Positions 57,610 to 64,000 of a stretch of DNA of 64,000 nucleotides are shown piece after piece. This stretch comes from an uncultured delta proteobacterium (GTDB taxonomy: Bacteria; Bdellovibrionota_C; UBA2361; OMII01). The position numbers and the translations under genes are program-made. The stretch's first letter is position 1; the number at the start of each line of letters is the position of its first letter. The notes beneath the pieces are model-generated. The model was given only the letters and a program-made list of their open reading frames with translations, did not search any database and was not told where the DNA came from. Location: NCBI GenBank assembly GCA_903904735.1, contig CAIVDM010000191.1, forward strand, positions 1-64,000, in the 5' to 3' direction.

Positions 57610-58359
57610 ATGAAAATTCTTGTACCAGTAAAACGAGTTCCCGATTGGCAGATTAAACTTAAGCTTCTGCCAGACGGGTCAAACATTCAAACCGATGGCA
57701 TCAAGTGGATCGTCAACACATTTGACGAGATAGCTGTCGAGGAAGCGATCCGGCTTAAAGAGAAAGGGGTCGTCACAGAGATTGTATTAGTGAGTGTAGG
57801 GCCGGCGGACGTACGCTCGCGGCTTGAGTATGCTCTCGCGATGGGAGCTGATTCAGCCATCCTCGTCAAGCACGACGGGGTAGTCGACTCCGACCTCGCT
57901 TCACGGGTTATCGCTGAGGTCTTCAAGCGAGGCGACTACTCGATGATCTTGCTAGGGAAGCAGGCGATCGACTCAGATTCGAACCAAACGGCGCAGCTCT
58001 TGGCGGCTAGGCTTTCGCTTCCCCAGGCGTGCTTTGCCTCAAAGATCACGGTCGAGGCGCAGAGCGCCACAGTCACACGCGAGATTGATGGTGGGCTGGA
58101 GACTATACGCATTCCGATGCCGTGCGTTGTGTCCACGGACCTACGCTTGAACGAGCCTCGCTATGCGGCGTTGCCAAATCTCATGAAAGCCAAGAAAAAG
58201 CCGTTCGAGGAGTTGTCACTTGAGGCGCTTGGCGTGAGTCCGGACGTGAAGCTGCGAGTCAAGAGCTACTCGATGCCGAGCGGCAGAAAGGCTGGGCGAA
58301 AGGTAGCGGATGTATCCGAACTTGTGTCGGTTCTCCGCAATGAAGCAAAGGTCATATAA
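57610..58359 (+). CDS. etfB: Electron transfer flavoprotein beta subunit
   Basis: 'MKILVPVKRVPD' N-terminus and overall EtfB pattern; 249 aa. Confidence 0.85.
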   Translation: MKILVPVKRVPDWQIKLKLLPDGSNIQTDGIKWIVNTFDEIAVEEAIRLKEKGVVTEIVLVSVGPADVRSRLEYALAMGADSAILVKHDGVVDSDLASRVIAEVFKRGDYSMILLGKQAIDSDSNQTAQLLAARLSLPQACFASKITVEAQSATVTREIDGGLETIRIPMPCVVSTDLRLNEPRYAALPNLMKAKKKPFEELSLEALGVSPDVKLRVKSYSMPSGRKAGRKVADVSELVSVLRNEAKVI

Positions 58360-58384
58360 CGGATAGGTTTTCAGTACGAGCACT

Positions 58385-59365
58385 ATGGGAAAGGTTCTTC
58401 TCTACATTCAACACGACGCGGGACGAATACTAAAAGGGACTCTTGTGGCGTTAAGCGCGGCGCGGGAGCTCAAGGCTGCATGGGGAGCTAGCGATATCGT
58501 TGGTGTGGCGCTTGGCGCTGGCGCGACGTTGGCCGCTCAGGAAATGGCGACCTATGGACTTACCGCTGTTAAGTGGTCGGAGGACGCGTTGTTCGCGCAG
58601 TATCGCGCCGAACCGTTTGCGCGAGCGATTGCGTTGGCTAGTCGCGATCTTGGCGCTGATACGGTGGTAGGTTTGGCGAGTAGCACTGGAAAAGACGTGC
58701 TCCCTCGTGTGGCGGTGCTGCTGGATGGGGCGCAGGCCTCTGAGATTATTGGCGTGAACGCTGACGGCTCTCTTAGGCGCCCGATGTACGCGGGAAATAT
58801 AATCGCGGATGTCGAAATTCTCTCGCCGGCCCGTGTAGTCTCTGTACGAGGCACCGCGTTCGGCGTCGCCGGGAAGGAAGGTAGCGCAGGGGCCGTTTCT
58901 GAACTAGACCTTAAAGGGGATCCAGAGCTGCACGAGCAGCCTCGATTCGGTCAGATCGTCTCATACGAGCAGTCTAAGGCGGACCGTCCTGAGTTGTCTG
59001 ACGCCGAGATCGTAATTAGCGGAGGACGAGCGCTTGGGTCGGCTGAGAACTTTGAGAAGATTCTCTTTCCCCTAGCCGACGCGCTTAAGGCGGCAGTTGG
59101 AGCTTCACGGGCGGCTGTTGATTCTGGATACGCGCCAAACGACTGGCAAGTTGGTCAGACTGGAAAGGTCGTAGCGCCAAATTTGTATATCGCGGTGGGC
59201 GTCTCTGGGGCGATTCAACACCTGGCGGGAATGAAAGACTCGAAGGTTATCGTCGCGATCAACAAGGATCCAGACGCTCCTATCTTCGAGGTGGCTGACT
59301 ACGGTCTCGTCGGGGATCTTTTCCAGGTTGTGCCCGAGCTTTTGTCGCTGGTCAAAAACGGATAG
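58385..59365 (+). CDS. etfA: Electron transfer flavoprotein alpha subunit
   Basis: FAD-binding C-terminal domain 'IVISGGRALGSAENF ... LYIAVGVSGAIQHLAGMKDSKVIVAINKDPDAPIF'. Confidence 0.85.
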   Translation: MGKVLLYIQHDAGRILKGTLVALSAARELKAAWGASDIVGVALGAGATLAAQEMATYGLTAVKWSEDALFAQYRAEPFARAIALASRDLGADTVVGLASSTGKDVLPRVAVLLDGAQASEIIGVNADGSLRRPMYAGNIIADVEILSPARVVSVRGTAFGVAGKEGSAGAVSELDLKGDPELHEQPRFGQIVSYEQSKADRPELSDAEIVISGGRALGSAENFEKILFPLADALKAAVGASRAAVDSGYAPNDWQVGQTGKVVAPNLYIAVGVSGAIQHLAGMKDSKVIVAINKDPDAPIFEVADYGLVGDLFQVVPELLSLVKNG

Positions 59366-59887
59366 TTGCCGGTAATTACGGTGGCTGGACAAATGGGGCG
59401 TATGCCTAGGTTTCGAACGGTACTGTCTAGCTTAGTGATTTGCGCGGCGCTCGGTCTGGTTAGTGCTGTGTGTGCCTGTAGTTCGACCGGGAGCGCGAAG
59501 CGGGCCACGGTTACGTTTGAAAGACAGGGAGGGACAACGACGGATTTTCCCGTCGAGGTAGTCGCTACTCCCGAGGACAGAGCTCGCGGATTAATGTTTC
59601 GAAAGTCGCTCGGCGAGAGCGAGGGGATGTTGTTTCTATTTCCGAGAGAACAGTCGCTGGCTTTTTGGATGAAGAACACCTTTATCTCGCTTGATATGAT
59701 TTTTGTGTCGAGTGATTGGCGCGTGGTGGGGGTTTTAAAAAACGTTCCCCCTCTTACCGAGGATAGACGCATGGTGGACGCGCCAAGCCAATACGTTCTT
59801 GAGTTTGTTGGAGGGTTCGCCGAACGTAACCGCATCGAGCCCGGAAACAGAGTTATTGTTAGCGGGCAGTTGCCTCATAGCCACTAG
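59366..59887 (+). CDS. DUF192-domain protein (probable lipoprotein)
   Basis: 'GMLFLFPREQSLAFWMKNTFISLDMIFVSSDWRVVGV' matches the DUF192 core. N-terminal 'LVICAALGLVSAVCAC' lipoprotein-like signal. Confidence 0.75.
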   Translation: MPVITVAGQMGRMPRFRTVLSSLVICAALGLVSAVCACSSTGSAKRATVTFERQGGTTTDFPVEVVATPEDRARGLMFRKSLGESEGMLFLFPREQSLAFWMKNTFISLDMIFVSSDWRVVGVLKNVPPLTEDRRMVDAPSQYVLEFVGGFAERNRIEPGNRVIVSGQLPHSH

Positions 59888-60066
59888 AAGTGCTCGCGGC
59901 AAATCTGATTATTCAATGGAAAATTATAGAATTGGCCTCGGCTATGATGGCGATCACTGTGCAGCCTAAATAGGTCAGCGAGCAGTGGAAAATCACGGCG
60001 CTCTACCGTACTATTCGGGTGTCGTTGAGCATATAAGTTCCCACCATATTTAGGAGAGGATCTCTA

Positions 60067-60699
60067 ATGGCGAAGAGCGTTGCGCAGGCTCAGGTAGATG
60101 ATTCCCAGGATGTGATTCGAGAGGTGCATCACCAGGTTAAGAATACCCTTCAGGTCGTCTGCAGCCTATTGCGGCTGGAGGGAAGAGCTGGGGGTGAGTC
60201 GGCGGCGAAAGAATCGCTTCGTCGATGCGAGGGGCGCGTACAGACCATGGCGTTGGTGTACGACACTCTCTACAGAGAGGGGTTGTGTCTCGAGGTTCCT
60301 ATTGATCGATATATCCGAGCCCTGACGGAGTATGTCGTCAAAGCCTGGGGACCACTAGGTAACGCGATTCAAGTGGAGTACGCGCTCGATTCGGCTACGA
60401 TGCCAACCAAGGCCGCTATCTCATGCGGATTAATTCTTAACGAGGTGTTGCTTGATTGTCTCAGCAGCGCGCAGACCCATGGCGGCTCGTCGTTTCTCTT
60501 CGTTAGAAGTGATGTGCACAAAAACGGCGTCCGCCTGAGGGTGGACCTTGAGCATGAGGGACTTGTTCCTCGCGAACTGCCAAAGCTCTCTGGTCAGATT
60601 GTGCGCGCCTTGGTTCAGCAATATGGCGGTAACCTAGAGATTCATGGAGTGAATGGGCTACGGTACTCGATCGACCTGCCTGAGCTCTCGAGTCGTTAA
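60067..60699 (+). CDS. Small HWE/HisKA_2-type histidine kinase lacking an N-terminal sensor domain
   Basis: 'REVHHQVKNTLQVVCSLLRLEGR' (HisKA_2 'HRVKNxLQ' box). C-terminal HATPase-like region. 210 aa. Confidence 0.55.
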   Translation: MAKSVAQAQVDDSQDVIREVHHQVKNTLQVVCSLLRLEGRAGGESAAKESLRRCEGRVQTMALVYDTLYREGLCLEVPIDRYIRALTEYVVKAWGPLGNAIQVEYALDSATMPTKAAISCGLILNEVLLDCLSSAQTHGGSSFLFVRSDVHKNGVRLRVDLEHEGLVPRELPKLSGQIVRALVQQYGGNLEIHGVNGLRYSIDLPELSSR

Positions 60700-60820
60700 A
60701 CCCGCACTTACTCTCAGAGCCGTTTGATGGGCCGTGACCCCACTGGCTATTGGCCGGTAGCCCACAAGACGTGTGGCGAGGCTGTGCCTTTCGAAGTAGT
60801 CTTTCGAGGGGTGAACTCGT

Positions 60821-61423
60821 ATGTGGAACAAGCGCGAACAGACAGCGATATCTCGGCTCCGGACTCCGGATCTTGTCCAGGAGTTCCTGGATAATTTGTC
60901 ATATCGATGTGAGGACGGACACCTCTCCGCGAGAGCGGTGCTTCGAGATAAGCGGGCGCACTGCTTTGATGGGTCCTTGTTCTCCGCGGTTTGCTTGCTC
61001 GGTTCACACTATGAGCCGTATCTGATCGATCTTTGCGCTCACGATGATGATGATCACATGCTGTGCGCTTTCCGGTGGCGTGGATTGTGGGGCGCGGTAG
61101 CGAAATCGAATTTCCCAGGCTTGAGATTTCGAGAACCAATCTTTCGGACGCCACGTGAGCTGGTCCTGTCATACTTCGAATTTTATTTTAACATGGATAG
61201 AAAGAAATCGCTGCGTTCCTACTCGAAGCCCTTTCGATTGCCCCCGGTATCCCGGTTAGATTGGCAGTGCGATGATAGAGCTGGGGATGTAGTAGTCGAG
61301 ATGATTTCCTGTTCGCCACACTACGATATTGTCACAGGTAGGAATGCGCGCTCACTCCGGGGAGTTGATGGCCGATTGTTCAAATCTCAACTCGTTGGTG
61401 TGAATCTGAAGGGTGTTTATTGA
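60821..61423 (+). CDS. Hypothetical protein (200 aa) with conserved-looking Cys/His/Asp cluster
   Basis: 'KRAHCFDGSLFSAVCLLGSHYEPYLIDLCAHDDDDHMLCAFRW' may be a papain/transglutaminase-like triad. Unverified. Confidence 0.35.
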   Translation: MWNKREQTAISRLRTPDLVQEFLDNLSYRCEDGHLSARAVLRDKRAHCFDGSLFSAVCLLGSHYEPYLIDLCAHDDDDHMLCAFRWRGLWGAVAKSNFPGLRFREPIFRTPRELVLSYFEFYFNMDRKKSLRSYSKPFRLPPVSRLDWQCDDRAGDVVVEMISCSPHYDIVTGRNARSLRGVDGRLFKSQLVGVNLKGVY

Positions 61424-61426
61424 CGT

Positions 61427-61795
61427 ATGAGTAAGCGAAACGACTCGAACTATCGAGAGGTTTACTCCACGGAGCGAGGAACGATATGCCCAGTTTGCGG
61501 GAAGGCGGTAGATAAATGCTCCTGTCAGGCTGATCGACGCGCGGTCCCGCTCGGAGACGGTAATGTGAAAGTGCGTCGAGAGACGAAGGGACGTGGAGGC
61601 AAGACGGTTACGACTGTTTCAGGTCTCGCGCTTAACGCGGATGAGATTAAGACGCTTTTATCAGAGCTTAAGCGTCGCCTCGGAGGCGGAGGAGCCCTTA
61701 AGGATGGGGTAATTGAGTTGCAGGGCGAACATTGTGAGTTAGTCATCGAAGAACTAGTGAAGCGTGGAATAAAGGCTAAGCGAGCAGGTGGATAG
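61427..61795 (+). CDS. yciH: Translation initiation factor SUI1/YciH family
   Basis: 'VRRETKGRGGKTVTTVSGL ... LKRRLGGGGALKDGVIELQGEH' is the SUI1 fold signature. 122 aa. Confidence 0.85.
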   Translation: MSKRNDSNYREVYSTERGTICPVCGKAVDKCSCQADRRAVPLGDGNVKVRRETKGRGGKTVTTVSGLALNADEIKTLLSELKRRLGGGGALKDGVIELQGEHCELVIEELVKRGIKAKRAGG

Positions 61796-61836
61796 CTTGC
61801 GTCGTTCGTATTAGCTCGAGAAAAGGAAGAGAAACT

Positions 61837-62439
61837 ATGCGTATAGTAGTTGTTTCAGGAAGTCATCGAAAAGAGTCTCAATCTGAACGCGTAGCTCGTT
61901 GCGTCGCCGAGCGATTTAGTTCGCTCCAGGCTGACGCTGAGGTTGTTTCGCTAGGTAAGACTCCGCTGCCCCTATGGGATGAGGGTGTGTGGGATGGTGA
62001 CACAAGATGGAAAGAGAAGTGGAGCCCGATATCTGCTACGCTTAAGGGAAGCTCCGCGATTGTTTTAGTCGTTCCTGAGTGGTCAGGCATGGTTCCACCA
62101 GCACTTAAGAATTTTTTACTTCTGTGCTCCTCCGAGGAAGTTGGTCATAAGCCGGCGCTGCTTGTATCCGTATCGTCAGGAGTTGGAGGCTCGTATCCGA
62201 TCGCCGAACTTCGCATGTCCTCTTACAAGAATAACCGGCTCGTCTACGTTCCTGATCATGTAATCATCCGTGACGTTGAGTCGATGCTCGATGGTAGCGA
62301 CGCGAAAAGCGACAGAGATCAGACCGTGCGCAATCGCCTGGACTACTCGATGAAGGTGCTTTTGGAATATGCGAGAGCTTTGAACCAGGTGAGACAGAGC
62401 GGCGTGATAGATTACGGGGAGTTCCCGTACGGTCTTTAA
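61837..62439 (+). CDS. NADPH-dependent FMN reductase family (flavodoxin-like fold) oxidoreductase
   Basis: 'MRIVVVSGSHRKESQSERVA' N-terminal FMN-binding loop. 200 aa. Confidence 0.7.
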   Translation: MRIVVVSGSHRKESQSERVARCVAERFSSLQADAEVVSLGKTPLPLWDEGVWDGDTRWKEKWSPISATLKGSSAIVLVVPEWSGMVPPALKNFLLLCSSEEVGHKPALLVSVSSGVGGSYPIAELRMSSYKNNRLVYVPDHVIIRDVESMLDGSDAKSDRDQTVRNRLDYSMKVLLEYARALNQVRQSGVIDYGEFPYGL

Positions 62440-62736
62440 AGACCACCGACAGCAGCCTGTGTCTAAAAATGTTCTCCTGAGAGTGGCGCCTTCATAGGCC
62501 ACTCAAGCGGGATCAAGCAGCTTCGACATTGGGATAGCAGCTTGAATGCTCCTGATTGCGATCTCTTCGGTCAAGCCAAACTGCCTCTTGCGACAAAGAA
62601 CTGCACAAGTAACTAAAGACGGCCGACGATAGTCGGGAGATGCGATAGTGTGGTTGGTTCTATCCACCTAACGAGCGTCATTTATTGTGTTGATAATGCA
62701 TGACAAATTCGCGGCTCTTTAACAGGAGTTGTGATC

Positions 62737-64000
62737 ATGAGAAACGACGTTCAGTGGATCCTCTCTAATTTGAGAGTCGCGCAAAGAGGCCAGGGAAGAG
62801 CGAGACGCTTCTCGGTAGTATTACTCGCGATGCTTACGTTAGTGCTCGGCATCACCCAATCGGCTGTCGGACAATCGGAGTTCGCGGCGGGCGAGGATTT
62901 CATGGAAGAGATCGTCCTTAGAGACCTGCCTATCTCGACCGCCATCGCGTTCGCGCCTGGCGACAAGGCCTTCCTAGCCCTTAAGATCGGTATTGTCCGG
63001 GTCGTTAAGGGGGGCGTTCTGCAACCGACGCCCTTTCTCGACATCTCCGCGATGGTCAACAAGGCGACTGACAGAGGACTACTTGGTCTCGCAGTTGATC
63101 CTGAGTTTCCCCAAAAGCCCTATTTATATCTATCTTATGTCTATGATCCTCCCGAGTTGGCACCAGACGTGGGCGAGCCGCGCGTGATACGGATCGCGCG
63201 AGTGACCGCGGACGCGAGCAAAGACTACAGCGTGGCGGTTCCCGGTAGTCTGGAGGTGTTAGTTGGAAAGCAAAGCGTGCTTGATAATATCGCTCCGCCC
63301 ACTCCTGACGGTGATCCGAATATTCCCGAGAGAGCGTCGTGCATGACCGGTCTAACGATGGACGGAGCGCCGATTGAAGATTGCATACCGAACGACTATC
63401 TATCGCACTCAGCGGGTACTCTCCTGTTCGGACCGGGACGGGTGCTCTACGCGTCGCTTGGTGACGGAGCTGATTATACGACGCCTAATCGAGTAGCCCT
63501 GAGAACACAGAACATTGATTCCCTGAGCGGACGGATTCTTCGTATTGACGCGGATACTGGAGCTGGGCTCCCCGGAAATCCTTGGTTCGATCCGACTCGA
63601 CCGTTCTCCAATCGCTCTCGAGCGTGGATGTATGGATTCAGGAATCCGTTTAGAATTGCCCTAAATCCAGGGAGCGAAAGAATCTACGTAGGCGACGTCG
63701 GGACGTCTTACTATGAGGAGATTAATGAGGGGAAAGGGGCTAATTTCGGTTGGCCCTGTTACGAAGGTGGCTTTCTCGAGCGTTACCAGCAGGAAGGGGC
63801 GGCGACAAGCAGCATCCCACAAGTAGGATACAAGGCGGCTCCCAGAACGGTAGACTTCTGTAACGCGCTCTATAGCCAAGGGCAGGGAGCCGTGCGTAAG
63901 TCTCTCTTCACGTACCGCCATCCTTATGATGAGAACGGTAAAGATCTCGGTGCGTCTGTTACGGGACTTGCCTTTTATACCGGCACTAGTTATCCCCAAC
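62737..64000 (+). CDS. PQQ-dependent soluble sugar (glucose/sorbosone) dehydrogenase beta-propeller, 3'-truncated at the window edge
   Basis: This ORF is absent from the supplied track because it has no stop inside the window. ATG at 62737 behind the RBS 'aggag'. Signal/TM 'FSVVLLAMLTLVLGI'. Motifs 'RGLLGLAVDP', 'HSAGTLLFGPDGVLYASLGDG', 'GFRNPFRIALNPGSERIYVGDVG ... EEINEGKGANFGWP'. Confidence 0.7.
   Translation, partial: MRNDVQWILSNLRVAQRGQGRARRFSVVLLAMLTLVLGITQSAVGQSEFAAGEDFMEEIVLRDLPISTAIAFAPGDKAFLALKIGIVRVVKGGVLQPTPFLDISAMVNKATDRGLLGLAVDPEFPQKPYLYLSYVYDPPELAPDVGEPRVIRIARVTADASKDYSVAVPGSLEVLVGKQSVLDNIAPPTPDGDPNIPERASCMTGLTMDGAPIEDCIPNDYLSHSAGTLLFGPGRVLYASLGDGADYTTPNRVALRTQNIDSLSGRILRIDADTGAGLPGNPWFDPTRPFSNRSRAWMYGFRNPFRIALNPGSERIYVGDVGTSYYEEINEGKGANFGWPCYEGGFLERYQQEGAATSSIPQVGYKAAPRTVDFCNALYSQGQGAVRKSLFTYRHPYDENGKDLGASVTGLAFYTGTSYPQ

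Overview
This is a GC-rich (~55-60%) bacterial chromosomal segment with delta-proteobacterium-like (myxobacterial/Bradymonadales-like) gene content and codon usage; that taxonomic placement is inferred only from composition and gene content. Most of it is core housekeeping. Recognisable blocks, in order: a sensor histidine kinase, a stand-alone FlhB-C-like protein and a thiamine pyrophosphokinase; a large orphan HerA/TraD/VirD4-superfamily P-loop ATPase; a flotillin; nadA; a complete Bat/MoxR aerotolerance-type operon (moxR-DUF58-DUF4381-batA-batB/C fusion-batD); doxX, tilS, ftsH; the c-di-AMP module cdaA-cdaR-glmM followed by nnr-tsaE-lysC; lpxD; tatA/B-tatC; a truncated dcw cluster (murC-murB-ftsQ-ftsA-ftsZ); a SufS-type cysteine desulfurase; hsp20; a CPBP protease; a cold-shock protein; a hybrid histidine kinase; dusB; an ABC ATPase; a Ski2-like helicase split into two frames by an RG-rich insertion; etfBA; DUF192; an HWE-type histidine kinase; a SUI1/YciH factor; an FMN reductase; and a 3'-truncated PQQ-dependent sugar dehydrogenase. 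No rRNA, tRNA, CRISPR array, transposase or integrase was recognised. Non-coding features of note: a ~420-bp tandem repeat array containing a 13-nt poly-C tract (10306-10725); two unusually long ORF-free regions (41990-42666 and 43933-44870), the second holding a tiny Thr-rich ORF, a stem-loop and a palindromic operator-like site; and several intrinsic-terminator-like hairpins. The most novel candidates are the orphan 736-aa HerA/TraD-like ATPase with an unrecognisable N-terminal domain, the split RG-rich helicase, the tandem repeat/poly-C locus, and a handful of conserved-looking hypothetical proteins.
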